From positions 228,658,001-228,722,000 of the forward strand of contig NC_058368.1 of assembly GCF_018350175.1 (NCBI RefSeq): a stretch of 64,000 nt of DNA. The letters run 5' to 3'. The DNA comes from Felis catus (taxonomy: Eukaryota). This document shows, piece by piece, positions 1-14,801 of this stretch (within the stretch, counting starts at the first letter, position 1; each line of letters starts with the position of its first letter). Below the pieces are notes generated by a model. The model ran no database searches. It had not been told where the DNA came from and saw only the letters and a list, made by a program, of their open reading frames with translations. The translations under genes and the position numbers were made by a program.

Positions 1-749
1 TCTTCCCTCAGGGCATTTCACCAGTAAAGACTGCAGATTCATCTATTTGTCTGTTTGTTTGTTTCTAGTCCCTTCTGGTTAGAAAACAGAAACCAAATAA
101 TCAGCAATAGTATTTACAATGGAAATAAAAGATGAGTGATGGCACAAGGTAGAAGTTTTGCATGAGACTACATGAGTACTGAAAGGAGGTTAATTTTTAT
201 ACATGAGCTAAGATGTGAGGTGAGACAGGACAGGAAATAGAGAATGTATGCCATTTCAGGCACTTTAAACAATAATACATGTCGATTTTGACTCAGTTAT
301 CTAAATATTTTAGTGGGAAATATACTTGGGGACCCACAAGATTTGAATAATGAAAATCGTTCTCTGTTTCATTATGTTAGCATAGACTTGCCTTGGTACA
401 GTACTGCAGCCTGGGGAAAGCTTTCTCTCTTTTTATATATGATTTATGATGTATTGCTCATGGCTGAGGGTGACAATGGTGGTCAAAAGGGAAGTTTTTG
501 AGTTAAACGAAGAAGGAAAGGAGAAAATGAATCCACTATCTCCACTTGTCTGAATTTCTAGTTCTGACAGAGTTGAGATACCCAGTCTGTTCAGAAAGGT
601 CAAATATAGCATATTATGCTCTTTTAATTTTTTAACGGAGGCGATTTCTATCATGATGGTTTAAAATAACTTTGGATAAACTGGAATCAGAAATCATTAT
701 AAGGCAGAAGAATAGAAGCCTTTAGTTATCACAGAGTTGGTTAGCTTAA

Positions 750-970
750 TTTTTTAATAATCTTTTTGATGTTTATTTATTTTTGAGAGAGAAGGAGACA
801 GATCACAAGTAGGGGAGGGGCAGAGAGAGAGGGAAACGCAGAATCCAAAGCAGTCTCCAGGATCCGAGCTGTGAGCACAGAGCCTGATGTGGGGCTCGAA
901 CTCAGGAGCTGTGAGATCATGACCTGAGCCGAAGTCTGACGCTCAACCGACTGAGCCACCCAGGTGCCCC
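750..970 (-). mobile_element. Carnivore SINE (SINEC)
   Basis: tRNA-like head, (CT)n and A tail; 18-bp TSD at 732-749 and 971-988 (1 mismatch). Confidence 0.95.
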
Positions 971-1252
971 CAGAGTTGGTTAGTTTAAAGATACATTTAT
1001 AACTAAATAAAACTCCATGATTTTAAGTAGAAAGTGGGCATTTTTATTTACTCTTTGGATGAGAGTTGCTATATGTTTTGGAAATGTGTTCAGTAATAAG
1101 TGCAATTGTATATTTGTTTCATTTTGTAAGAATTTCTTTGAAATTTCAAAATTAGGAAAGTCAAAGTGGGAAGCTCCCTATTGCTCTTTCCCCTATAACC
1201 CACTCATTTATTGCATTTCTTTTCAAAATTTATTTCTAGCCTATGAAAAATA

Positions 1253-1569
1253 CATTTGACCCTGAACAATGCGGGAGCTAGGGGCACTGACCACCCCTCT
1301 GCAGTTGAAAATCCAAGGGTAACTTTTGATTCCCCACAAGTGTAACTGCCAATAGTCTACTGTTGACAGGAAACCTTACTTAGTCAATTAATACTTTGCA
1401 TGTGTTATATGTATTATGTAGTACAGTCCTACAATGAAGTAAGCTAGAGAAAAGAAAGTTATTAAGAAAATCATAAGAAAAGGAAAATACACTTAGAGTC
1501 CTGTTCTGTAAAAGACCCCCATGTAAGTGGACGTGTACACTTCAAAGCTGTTTGTTCAAGGGTCAACTG
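1253..1569. mobile_element. Tigger2-type MITE (TcMar-Tigger)
   Basis: TIRs catttgaccctgaacaa / ttgttcaagggtcaactg, with TA on the left flank. Confidence 0.85.
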
Positions 1570-2212
1570 TGTATATTTAATATGCTCTCTGTAAATGGAT
1601 TATGCAATACATATTGTTTCCTACTAGACACACACTCATTCCTATGCGATCATCTATTTTGGGAGCAATAGAAAACTACACGAACACATTGATTCTCTGC
1701 CATATAAAGAATGAATTATCATGCTTTCAATAGGCCACCAATTTTGTTCTCTTTTTCTTCCCTATTTTAGAAATACTGTTGCAGGTTATTCTAGAGATTA
1801 ACTTTAAAGACTCAATATACATGAACTTTAATTTTATGAATTATCACATTAACTCACTATCCACTATAAAAGAGGACATTAATATATACATCCTTATTTC
1901 ATTTCTTCTTTTTCCCTCTACCTCTTTGCATGATTTAATTATTATAAAATGCATATAGCATCCTGATTAGCAACATAGTTAATCTCCTCTCTCCTTTAGC
2001 TATTAGGTGACTTTAAAAATTGAAAACCATTTAAAATTTGTTGAGTGATTTGTAATAAAGAGGCTCTTAACTAGGCTTTCTGCATACATTATCTCATTTA
2101 GTCTTCAGAAAAATGTTTGTCCAATATCTAAAGGCTGAAATACATTGACACCTGAGTATTTACAGGCATCTCAAAATTAGCATGTGTAAAATGCAACTCT
2201 CGATTCTTATTT

Positions 2213-2760
2213 TGATCATCTATTGCTGTACAGCAAACTGCTCTTAAACTTAGTGTCTTCAGACAACCATTTTATTTTGTTCAGGGTCTTGTGGATTAGA
2301 AATTTGGGAAGGGATCATCAGATGGATGGCTCATCCCTGATCCACATGACATTAGCTGGGTGTCTGGGACTGATGGATCCTCTCCCAAGATAGCTTTTTC
2401 TCTTATGTCTATGTCTGGCACCTTTGTTTTCTCTGATTCTGTCTCTCCATCCAACTCCAAGGTGCTTCATCTTCCATGGTCTTTCCATATGGCTTGGGCT
2501 TCCTTGTGGCATGGTAGCCTAGAGTAGACCTACTTCTTACATGGGGATTCTAGTCCTAAGATTGAGTGTTCTGAGAGACAAAGGAGATGTTGCCAATCTC
2601 TTAAGGTATGGGCCCAGAAACTGGCACAGCATCACATGTGTCATATTTCATGAGGTAAAGCAGTCACAGAGACCACCCAGGTTCGAGGGGAAGGGCATAG
2701 CCCCACCTCTCAAAGGCATAAGTGCCAAGGAGGTTTGGGGGGCTATAAAAAATTTGCTAC
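2213..2760 (-). mobile_element. MLT1 (ERVL-MaLR) solo LTR
   Basis: tctattgctgtacagcaaact...aaacttagtg end motif and typical MLT1 body. Confidence 0.7.
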
Positions 2761-3172
2761 AGTTTCCTATTTTGTAATTTCCCTTCCACAACTTTTTCTA
2801 CCCCAGAAAAATCATTCTTTCAATCACTTTGGCCCAAAACATTGTAAGTAATCTTTCCTGCTGTTATTCTCTCTCACAGCCCATCTCAAAAAAAAAAAAA
2901 AAATCCTGTTGGCTATACCTTCAAAATATATTCATACTCTACCTACTAATTACCACCCCACAGCTACTATCCTGGTATAAGGTGTCAACATCTGTGTGTT
3001 CTTGACAACTGAAGAAATCTCATATCCCCTAACTATAGCTCTAGGTGATTGTGTTTAAGAAAAGGATAATTTCTGGCAATACAGTTGATCAGGGCATGTC
3101 ACCAGAAGAGGAAGATTTAGGACTGAAGTCTTAAGAAGAGGAATTTAGCACATTTATTATTTTTTACTTTAT

Positions 3173-3403
3173 TTAAAAAAAAATTTTTTTTCAACGTTTT
3201 TATTTATTTTTGGGACAGAGAGAGACAGAGCATGAACGGGGGAGGGGCAAAGAGAGAGGGAGACACAGAATCTGAAGCAGGCTCCAGGCTCCAGGCTCCA
3301 AGCCATCAGCCCAGAGCCTGACGCGGGGCTCGAACTCACGGACTGCGAGATCGTGACCTGGCTGAAGTCGGACGCTTAACCGACTGCGCCACCCAGGCGC
3401 CCC
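3173..3403 (-). mobile_element. Young felid SINE (SINEC_Fc-like)
   Basis: CpG-rich, near-consensus sequence; perfect 15-bp TSD tattttttactttat. Confidence 0.95.
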
Positions 3404-4310
3404 TATTTTTTACTTTATAACATCAAAAGTTATAAATGCACATGGCTAAAAATATCAGTGTTCAAATGAGTTTGAATTTTCTTTCACTTTTCTTTTTTTT
3501 TACTTTTTGACCCTATTCCTAGACTGAATCATTTAAACCAAAAAAAAAGTTTTTTTAATTGAATTCTTTTGCTGATTGTACCCATTACTAAATAATGTGT
3601 GTATCCAGTAATTTATCAACTCATATTTGTGGGGGCAATAATTCTAGATAATTCCATTTTCTAGTCTTCTTCTAACAATTTGGAATTTTTGAAGCATTGT
3701 ATTTTATTTGCAGAAATTTTTTTAGGTATATAAATTAGCTGTGAAAAATGTGGGTCTAAAATTTTCATTTTCATTATGCCTCAAATGTGTTTCACTATGT
3801 GTGAAATATATGCTCTCTCCTTTGTATTTTAACATGCACTCTTTTTTATGTGAATAATAGATTACTTATTAAAAAAAGACACATTCAATACTTTTGGGGA
3901 TGTATAAGGAACAGATCTTTTTAGTTTTGTTCTTTTTTCCCAGCAAAACTATAGGTCTCTGAATTTAAAATTGAGGTTCTAAATGACTTCAAACATCACA
4001 AATCATGCATATCCTGGGGCACATTCTTATTTAGTGTGGGTTGTAATCAGGATAATGAAAAACATCACTATTTTTGTTTGGTCTTTGGAGATTCGATAAC
4101 GAGAGAGCCATAACTAGGTTCAGGTGTTTTAACAAGAGAGGCATATCATTCGTACGCTGTTAAAATTGGTGTACTGTCTGTTTACACAATAATTATCATT
4201 AAGTTATTATTTTTTCCTAACAAATAAGATTGCCTTACACATCCAGCTCAAGTGATGGTCATGATCAAATTACTTTTTATATTACTCCTAAATTAGGAAG
4301 ACAGCCAGGT

Positions 4311-4370
4311 GACTCCATCAAAGTTTAGAGTAATTTCTTTGACTCCATCAAAGTTTAGAGTAATTTCTTT
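4311..4370. repeat. Perfect 30-bp tandem duplication
   Basis: gactccatcaaagtttagagtaatttcttt x2. Confidence 0.95.
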
Positions 4371-6093
4371 AACATCTCCTGCAGGTGGTGAAATGTTTAA
4401 TGAATGTGGCACATGCTTAACTATCCAGCATCTTGGTAATGAATACCATAAATACATATATAGTAGGTAGAAAAATCTATGAAAGTTATTACATATTTAT
4501 CTTATTTTGATAAATAACATTATGTGAAAGTGAGCAAAAAAAATCAAAAAATCAAAAAAGGCTTTCATCCAAAACTTGAAATGTTGATCTGACTGTCAGG
4601 GCAACTCAAGAGCGTCGTGTCATGGTCCAACAGGGAAGTGCGATCTCTTGTTTTCCAAACGATGGAACCTGTGTTTTTCATGTAGGAGATGAGTGACCCA
4701 CAGAAGGTGTGGAAAGTGTTCATCTCCCCATGTTGCTGTTAGAACATTTGGCTTCCTGTCTCCTGTAATTTTAAGGTATTGAGTTGTTGCCATCATCCAA
4801 CAACCCCTGACTCAAGAACCAGCTTTCACCCTGTTGTTCAGTTGCTTGGTTCTTCTCCCTTTGTCTGTGTCTTCATGCAATGTTTTTTTTTTTTTTTTCT
4901 CTTCTCATCCTGAGTTCTCCAGCGAGCCTTCCTACAGTGTGACCAGTCATCCAACGTACATTCAGTATGAGGTCCTATTGAAAGGCTCATACAAACACAC
5001 ATACATACTGCATCTGAATATTGTTTCGCGTTTTCATCATTGTGTACGTGATGGATATTGACATTGATGACTCTGATTTCCACTAATTTTAGGTGTGATT
5101 TGAGATAAGTTATTCCACCTAAAGGTCGCTTTCAGCTGTGAAATGAAAGTAATACCTATACGTTTCTCATAGTGCTATTGTGAGGATTAATAAACTATGC
5201 GATATGCTCAAATGTTTTCTATTTCTATTGTGGTTATTATTATTACTATCATTATTATTATTACTATCATTATTACTACATGTGTAAGGTCTATCAATAC
5301 CCTGGGATAATATATTATCTGGGGCTAGCCAGAGGGATTTTCATCTTGGCCCATGGTCTGCCAAGGAGTTAAAGATAGAATTTAGGATGTTTGTGAACTT
5401 GTATGGAATAAATATTACTTACATCTTCACTAATCTGTAAGGTTACTTTCCTTAAGGGAAATTTAGCATTGTCTTCCATTACGAATGTAGGCAAAAACTC
5501 TTAGTATTGAGCATTACCTGTGGTATTGGTATCAACAGATACCATTGATATTTTTTGGCACATTATACCTGTGCATATATAAAATACAAAGGACAGAGCA
5601 TGTGTGTATTTATAATTATATATTTTTATATATACTAACATATATAATTAAAATATATATATTATAGAATATATAATTTATGCTCATAACTATAACCAAA
5701 AACAAATAGCTATTTTATGTGATCTGAGTCTTACAGTTTCCAACTGGCCGACTCTGGTAATGCTTTGCCCAGTGGTCATTTAGCCACCAAATGATGATGT
5801 CACATGGTCTCATAGGGAATTCAAAAAGTCTTGCAGAATTTTGATGTTCCTTGAGAGGAGTCAGTCCTCATCTTATGAGGTGAACCATGGAAGCTTTAAT
5901 TACATTTGCAACAATAAATCCTTGGGAATAGATATTTTCAAGCCTTGTAACTTTCAAAGAAAATGTTGAAAATTTTGGTTGTCCAATGTGACATGCATGT
6001 TTCTTTGTCAAAAGTCGCTCCTGAGTTTCACGCTCTTATTTAGGATAAGCACCTATAGTTTCCACAACGATTGCTCTGAAAAGATAAAATTTA

Positions 6094-6208
6094 GGGGCAC
6101 CTGGGTAGCTCAGTCAGTTAAGCATCCAAGTCTTGATCTCAGCTCAGGTCTTGATCTCAGGGTTGTGAGTTCAAGCCCCACGTTGGGCTACACGCTCTGA
6201 GCCTACTT
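6094..6208 (+). mobile_element. Older short SINEC
   Basis: ggggcacctgggtagctcagtcagttaagc head; lacks the CT region. Confidence 0.85.
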
Positions 6209-6224
6209 AAAAAAAATTAACCTT

Positions 6225-6430
6225 GGGGCGCCTGAGTGGCGCAGTCGGTTAAGCGTCCGACTTCAGCCAGGTCACGATCTCGCGGTCCATGAGTTCCAGC
6301 CCCGCGTCGGGCTCTGGGCGGATGGCTCAGAGCCTGGAGCCTGTTTCCGATTCTGTGTCTCCCTCTCTCTCTGCCCCTCCCCCGTTCATGCTCTGTCTCT
6401 CTCTGTCCCAAAAATAAATAAAAACGTTGA
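6225..6430 (+). mobile_element. Young felid SINE inserted in the tail of the preceding SINE
   Basis: TSD aaaaaaaattaacctt at 6209-6224 and 6431-6446. Confidence 0.95.
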
Positions 6431-7312
6431 AAAAAAAATTAACCTTGCCTTGCCTATGTAATAATTATATTTCTTATTACCTAACATGTTAACAAACAAG
6501 CACATTGTTACTCTGTCATGCATATATATTTTAAAATATTTGAGGACATTTCTATATCATTTTCTCTGTAACCTTTGTATTTTATTAGCAATGCTATTCT
6601 AAAAAGGGGATCCATAGGCTTCACCAGACCTAACCAAAAAAGTTTCAGAATTCTTGACCCAGAGAATTGAATTTATTTAACATTTACAGATAACATCAGT
6701 GCAATTTCATCTAATTTGGGGTTCTTACTAATGTCCAATTTACATATTTTTCTTTGATTGGTTTTTAAGAGACAAATGCAAATTCAAATTCAAAACCTAA
6801 TAGTTCTTTTTTTCTTTGTTAATATTTATATTACATCAGTGAACCTAGGAAGCACAATTTGCTGTAGGCTCTGTTCTTTCTAATACTACTGTTTATGTTT
6901 CTCTTTAATATTTGTTTTCTTTCTTCTGCTGTCTTATGCCTACTAATTTATGTCGACTGACATTTTTATGAAGAATCTTCTTTTAAGTACTTGTAATTTT
7001 TCCAGTTGCAAGCCCTTGGTTTCTATGATAAGACTAGTTTCTTCAACCTCTAATTCATGTTTTCCTTTTGTGTTTATTTAGAATTTTTATATAGTTACTA
7101 CTATTATTATTCACTAGAAATGTGGAACTATTTCAAAGGTAAAAAAATACTGCTACCTCCCTGTTGGTGGGAATTTTTATTATGGTGTCCATTCACTCAT
7201 CAAAGCTCTTTGAAACGTAATCATTCATTATGTATTCTGTGAGCACCCACTGTGCTTTACTTGTGACAAGTCTTCCCTGACGGTATAAACAGGTAAGATG
7301 ATCTTTATTTCT

Positions 7313-7526
7313 GGTGTGCCTGGGTGGCTCAGTCGGTTGAGCATCAGACTTTGGCCCAGGTCTTGACCTCAGAGTTGATGAGTTTGAGCCCAGTGTGGGG
7401 CTTTGTGCTGACAGCTCAGAGCCTGGAGCCTACTTCGGATTCTGTGTCTCCTTCTCTCTGCCCCTTCCTTGCTCACTCTCTCCCTCTCTCAAAAATAAAT
7501 AACAAAAACATTAATTTTTTTTTAAA
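7313..7526 (+). mobile_element. SINEC
   Basis: Head, CT region and tail; TSD aagatgatcttta. Confidence 0.92.
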
Positions 7527-9520
7527 AAGATGATCTTTAATTTCAAAATGTTTAATTTTGAAGGGGAATATAGGCATGTGACATATAACCATGAAAATTA
7601 ACAATGATAAGGGGTATAGGAAAGGAATAAAAAGGCAAATGTTCAAGCCTATCTTTTTTTCTCCTTCATTTCTTTAGAAAACAGTTTTTATTTAAACAAA
7701 TTATAGCATTGTACTGAATTAACATATATAGAAACAATATGAAAAAAATGGCTGCACAGAAAATAAAGAGGTGGGGGAAAGGCCCTCTGTACATAAGGGT
7801 AAAAACTGATAAATAAAGAAGTACTAGGAAAGATATCATTTCATAACCACTGTGGTGATAATTAATCCTGGCAAGAATACCAATGATTGTTAACAATTAT
7901 TGGAGAAAAAATTTTAGAAACAAGATTGTCATGTAGTGTCAATGTATCTCCTAACATATACCGATTTATATACAAATGATAAAAGGTATCTTTATAGCAT
8001 AAAATAATAACAGCTAAGTTCAAAATAAAACAAGACAGGCCTATCATTTATTTGGAATGGCTTAATGCCTAAAGGTATAGTTACTCCCCAATTAATATAT
8101 AAATATAATAAACTTCCAATCAAATTTCCAGGGGGATTTTTTAAAGGTAAAAAAAAAAAAAAAGAAATACGTTTTTCTAAGATGTGTATTCTTTTTCTTG
8201 TAGCCAACCTAAAGGTGTCCTCAGTTTTTTCCCCGTTGAGTATTGGGCATACATTTTTGGCATATAACTGTTACCCAGTTAAGGAAGTCTCTTGTTTGCT
8301 GAGACATTTTTAAATCATAAATTAACATTCATGCCCTAAAATGTATTTTCCTGCATCTACTGAGAAAATTGTTGTGATGAGGTATGTTTATACTTTTGCT
8401 TATGTTGAACCATTATTGTATTCCTGGTATAAACTCTAATAATTTAATATGATTTAAAAAATATATTGCCGGATTTTCTTAGCTAATTTTTTATTTGCAT
8501 ACTTGCATCTATATTTATATGTGATTTTTTGGTATTACCTTTACTCGGTCTTAAAACTATGCTATATTAGCCTTCAAAATAAACTGGGTAGCAAGTTTTA
8601 TGAGACAACTTGCATGAGATTAGCTATTTCTCTAATATTTGATAAAACATCTGTAAAACAGATAAATTTCAGTATTTTTTCTTTCCCTTTAAAAATCATT
8701 GGTATCTTTAACAAATGGAGTTGGGAGAATTCTCCGTTTATTTAAAACACTGAAATCATACTTTAATTTGGAATAAAAGATCTCAAAACCCTTACTGACT
8801 TTTTAAATAACTTATTAAGTGAAATCTATTTATTTTTTGTTCATAGTGTTCACTATCCCATTAGCAACATAATTATGCAAATTGAAAGACATATAAACAG
8901 TGTTAGGGAAGTACTCAATTGCTTCAGGGAACTTGTTGAATGTGTTAGGGAGAAATAACAAAATTTCATCCCTTTAAATGTCAAAGCTGTTCTTAAAGGG
9001 ATCATTACTTATGAACAAGAAATTCTGAGTTGAAGTGGATAATTATGACAATTGTCATGACTGTCCCTTGAAATGGGTTTCATCCTTTAAAGAATCTAAT
9101 TCTTTTACATTGGTGTTACTAATTACTCTTCTAACACGGGGAGCAGTGGTATCACCTTGTATATCACTGGGAAAAAGAGATTAAAATTGATATTAATGCC
9201 TTTTTTTTGTAATGGATAACATTTTAAAGAGTTGTTGGTCAAGATTCAAAGTAGTTTTTAATAATGAAAAATCAAGTTATGTCATGAAAGATGGCATTAC
9301 CTATTTCAACAAATCGAACTGGAAAAACAATTCTTAGACTTGTTGACTTTATGCCATTACATGTTCAGCCAGTATACCAGCTCCTAATGTTAATGTTGAG
9401 TATATTTCTCCATTAATGAATGTTCAGGGGGAAAAAGAATGGAATAAGTTGATATGGCCACTATGCAATGTATATGGTATACAGACTGTAATTGAAAGGA
9501 CTTCTAAAAACAAATTCTGC

Positions 9521-9724
9521 AGAGGTGCCTTTGTGGCTCAGTCGATGAAGCATCTGACTCTAAATTTTGGCTCAGGTCATGATCTTGTGGTAGTGAGATC
9601 AAGCCTTGCATTGGGCTCTGAGCTGAGTGTCAAACAGAGGGACTCTTTCTCTCCCTCCCTCTGTCTCTGACCCTTCTCCCTCCGCCCCTTTTCTCTCTCA
9701 AAACAAATAAGTAACTTTATAAAA
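9521..9724 (+). mobile_element. SINEC (older)
   Basis: gtggctcagtcg head, CT-rich body, A tail. Confidence 0.88.
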
Positions 9725-12700
9725 AATTTCTGCAAAGCAAGAAACTATTAAAAAGAGCCTTACTAGGGAATATAACAGAATGTATAATTAAAGAATTATG
9801 TAGTTTAGATACTTATACTGTAGTGAGCAGGGAGAGTTTTGACTTATACTATTTTGGTCTAATCTCCATGGATTTACAGTACAATTCTAGGGAAGGGAAT
9901 TCAGACAAAAACTAGGAAAGCTATTTTACTAAAAAAAGTGTGAGACTTGGAGATTGAGAGATTTCCCTGTTTTGGTTCCCAGTGTAACAGAGTTATAGTA
10001 CATTGGGATCACATATCACCCATCACATATATTGGGGCCATATTGGAGTGTCCTTGGATATTGTGAAAGACTGAACTGGCAAAAAATGTACTCTCTGGAA
10101 TAGTAAACACCTTCTATGTTATCTCTACCTTTCATAGCTTTGAGCTATTTACATCTCTGTGAGTTATATAAAACAGATAATAATATAAATGATTCTTGTC
10201 CATAGATATGGAAATTAATTGCGCCCAGTAGAATGCAATAGGTTATTACCCTATGGATAGACTCATTTGCTTCTATTGATAAATTCGTTTCAGCATTTGT
10301 TCCTAATATATGTGTTGTACTTTGGATTCTCCTTTAAACAGTTGGAACATTTACTGGTTTTCCCATTAATTAGTGAGTTAAATAAACCTGCGACAATGCG
10401 CATTTTGCACATGTGTAAAAGTCATGATTATGGTGTCTTTCACAGATAATCATTTATCATGTTTGGAGGTCATTCGCTGAGATGTGCAGTGGACTCACCT
10501 GAGAGCCAGGTTATCTGAGTTGCCAGAAAAGTGCACCTGATGGGCTGCATAAACCCAGGCACGTCTTTCCTTTACTTGCAGAGGTGAACGTGAGTGACAC
10601 TAGAACTTGAATTTTGCTCAAACTCTATTTCTCTCAATTTTCCTCCCCTCTGCTAATTTTGGATTTTGTGTCTATCATCGGTTTGTTTATAGATGAAAAG
10701 TTAGTCCCAACTGGTGGCAGCAATGACTGGAAATTTTGTTTTATAATCTAAACATTTGGTGATCTTTGTACATGGATTCATGCATTCCAGAGATCTAATT
10801 TTGGTTTGGAGAGAGATGCAGAGAATCTGGATTGTTAGTCAGGTGTCATTAGAGTTCAATTCAATTAAGGATTTTGTGGCTGTTGAAAAGGAACACAGCT
10901 CACTGAGACAGTGAAAAACAAGTATGTCTCCTCTTTTTATATTTGTCTGATACTTGAAAACAAGTATCAAAATTCATTTCTAGGGGAATTACCTCTATTT
11001 TTCAGTTTCTGTTCATGTGTAAGGGGGTTTGTCTTCTACCCTCGCCCTTAGTCCAACGGTGGGCATGTGACTAAGACCCAGCAAAAACAAAAAACAAAAA
11101 ACAAAAAACAAAAAACAAAACAACAGGCATCCGATCTCCAGTGACTAGTTTAGGGAACAACATGTGACCCAACCAGAGCCAATAAGGAATAGGGACACTC
11201 TTGTAGGGACTCTTGTGAAGTAGAAACCAGAGTTGCCAGCTGTATTTGAACCTGAAAAGATTTCACTTTGAACTTGCTGCCAGGCATGTTTCTATCACAT
11301 GAATCCTGAGAATGAAGTTCAAAAGAACAGAGCCAAGAAATCAAGGGAAACTGAATCCTGAGGACATCAGTAGAGCCCCTGCAATAACCCTGTTGTCTGA
11401 ACCAAGCCCTCATGTCGGATTTGTCAATCCCATGGGTCAGTACTTCCCTTGTGTTGGTTAAAACAGTCACTTTATATTTATTTTTCACTTTATCTCAGGC
11501 GATTCCATGCAATAACAGAAGGTTCTCCATCCCTGGAGCCTTCTTTTATGCTGGTCCACTAAGTATACATTTACCTCTCTGTGCCTCTATTTCTTCGTCT
11601 GTAAATAAAATAATAATAATAATAATAAATGATATGTGGTACTTCAAGGAGTTATAAATATTAAGCGATGTAATAAATAGAAAATCATGAATGTGTTTCA
11701 CAATGATGAGGTGAAAGCAGCATCTCCTAACTTAATTTTTCAAACTTAAATTCTATCAGATTTGAAATCACTCTTTACTAGGGTCAAAGACACCCGGTAC
11801 TAGTCAATACTGGGGACAACATTTCCTCTTTACCATGATATACACTTCAATAAAATGTTTAGTGAAGACCTTGTCTTTGGCCCGTCATTATCAGTGATGG
11901 AAGCTCTTAGCACAAGCCTATATGGTCCACTAAAGTGTGACGGTTCCACAGCCTCTGTGCTAAGTATGGACGCCAGCCTGCTTTGGGCAGCTCCTAAACT
12001 ATGGTGATTATTGTTTAGTCGCTCCAGCAAACACAGCAGTCCATACCATCAGAAGTGCAGATGCACCCATGGGTACATCCTCACAGGAAAATGACACTGA
12101 TTGAAACATCGCCGTATTCTGTTTCTCAATTACCCTGTTAACCTTGGGCAACTCTTCCTCGGTTAATGAAGCATCTTGCCCTTTCTGTCCCAGGAATACC
12201 TGGCTAAATTTCCTCCCACGTGAGAACCTGGATAGGGTTGTAGAACAGATGTCTAAACATTCACACATTTTGGTTACTCTGCTATTAGGTGTGTGGTGTA
12301 GGGCTGAGGAAGGTCCATTCCCACTGCATTCAATATCCGTGGCACCCCTGAAGCACAGCCCCGTACAAGCTGAATGATGATCCCTAATTGTGAGCTTTGG
12401 TTGTGAGCATTACCATTCCAAATGTTTTTTAGTCAAATATTTCCTATGCCTTTTCCTGACCCCTCCCCATCTCCAGGGACCACCAGAGCACTACTCAGAG
12501 CCTCCAACCCACACCTTCACTTAAAGCCCATCCTGCTCTATGTTCATTGTACACTGGATGTATTTACTAGAATACAAAAAAGACCTGCTTTCAGGAAAAT
12601 GTCCCTGAGCCCCTTCAGATTGTCTTCTGGTTGTCACGGGTGAAAGGTTGTGCAAGCTGGCTCGGACCAAGAGGTGATTTTAATATGTCCCCAGCTTTGA

Positions 12701-14421
12701 ATTCTGTGTGCATCCAGAGGCTGGAGAGTGACCTGAATGCTAGTTAGAAGTATGTAAAGATTTCTTGCCTAAGCCTGAAAACTGAATGCCTTCCCTCCCC
12801 TCCCAGCTCAGACAAACCCCTTTCTCTGCCCTCCTTACCCTCTGGCTTCCTCCTATTGGGAAAGCAAGAGAAAGGAGAATGCTTTTCCCAGTAACCTCCC
12901 CAAGGTGCACAGAGCTCACCACGAAATGGCCAAGGTTACTACAAATATGCTAAAGCTCCTGTGTTAGTCACTCAAAGATGCTTGCAGGCTCACTGGTGTT
13001 GAGATGGAAAGGAAGGTAGGTCATTGGGGAAGAACTGGCTAAGCCAGGTCCTAGGACTGGGTCTTTACTTGATTTTTTTCTACTTTAATAAGCCCTTGAA
13101 TACATGAATGAATATTTTTATACTTATTTTCCTTTTTTCTCTGAATGAACATTACACAGGGTAATTATATTTTTCAAAATTATGTTATCTTAGCAGATTG
13201 AAAGGACTCTGCGTGATGGTGGATGTGCAACCTGCCTCCATGTACCTGCCCACCTTTTGGAAATCTAAAAATGTAGTCTGTTAAAGCTAAAGTTCACACT
13301 TTCTTTCTCAAGCTCCTGGAAGCCTCAAACCTCAACTCAAACCATGGCATGGATGGAGGATTCTATTCTTCTCTTTGAAGGAAAACATGTATTTATGAAG
13401 GATAAACATCACTGATTATAAAAAAAATAGAGCTCTCCGGAAGATGTGCTCTTATGAGCATTAATGAAGTTCTTGGCCAGACAGAGATAATTCTTTGAGT
13501 AAATTTTTTTTTCTCAAAAAGAGTTGGAGGAGCATTTTCTGTTTGGCAATGAAACACAGATCCACGAAGACAGTGGAAGATAGTGGCAGTGGGCTAAGAT
13601 TCCTGGACTGCTGGTGCAATTTTGTGAGGTGCTGACTGTGGACACAGGCTTTCTAGGGGACATGGAAGGAGGATGCCCTGGACACAGTTATTGGTCCTGG
13701 GATTTCAGAAGTTATTTGGGGTGGCTGTCTCTGTGTCTGATTTTTTCTGTCTAGAAAACTCACACCCTTAGAGGCTGTAGGAAAGCTGCAGGAATCTGAG
13801 GGATCTTCTTGGACTTGGCTGAGCTGCAGCCCAAGCATGAAGTCAATACTGACCCTGATATGATGTGTTGAAGGGGATCTTCTGGACCTTGTTTTTCCTC
13901 TGGGGTAAAAGCCAGTGAAACCATCTCTGAACCCTAGTTCTCAAATGAATTTTGAGATGAGCCTGTTCCCCCTCGGCAGAAATTGAGGTGTCTTCTGTCC
14001 AGTGCTGTCTGTCAACTCTTGCCCACATTTAGAATCTGAAAGACCCTCAGAAATTAGAGTACAAAGCGAAATGATTGGTGGCAAGTTCAGTAAAGTTCAC
14101 ATACACGTAGCGATTTTTTTTTTTTTTTTTGATTCAGTGTATTCCACATGCTATCCCCAGGAGTCTCACAATTACCCTGAGGGTTATACTCCTAAGAGCC
14201 ATCTCACAGAGGAATGTGAGACCTAGGAGACTGACACATTTGGTGGAAGACATTAACCAGAAATCTGTGTCCAAAACTAATTGGAAGTCCTTCCACTACA
14301 TCCTACATGATCACATTTTGGACAACAGCCATGGACCGTGTCCATTTATTCATTCACTTCCTTGGTTTTTTGGGGGCGGTGGGGTTGTTTTTGGCTGGCA
14401 ACCTCCTGGGAACTTCCTGGG

Positions 14422-14801
14422 TGTAATCTGAAATTGGCTCCCTATGCAGAGGGCAGAGAGAGGTGGAGGAAAGAGGCAGGCCACTCCAGATTGGTAGGAG
14501 GCAGGTTTAATAAGCAAGGGAACCTGCTGATGACATCTTTCTTGAGTGGCAATAAGATGAGTAGATCTCTGCACCTGCCTACCTGATCCTTACGTTTATA
14601 TAGAGGCCTTACTGGAGTTCAGTCACATATCCAATGCATATAGCCTCAACACCACATTTCTATCTCAAGGCTATATGCTTGGAGCAGCTTCTGGGAGTGA
14701 GGAAGATAAGGGGGGGCACATCCCAAGGACAGGAGAGGTAGCGGAGAGCCTCCAATTACCAGGGACCAGCTCGTATATCTTCTTGATGACTTCTTCTAAC
14801 A
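14422..14801 (-). mobile_element. Solo LTR, about 380 bp (family unassigned)
   Basis: TG...CA ends, flanks ctggg/atggg, TATATAAA and ATTAAA on the minus strand. Confidence 0.6.

Noticed and set aside
777..959. Recurrent 'MAQSVE...' ORFs and tRNA-like A/B boxes (here and at other SINEs)
   Set aside because: Derived from carnivore SINE consensus; these are neither genes nor tRNAs
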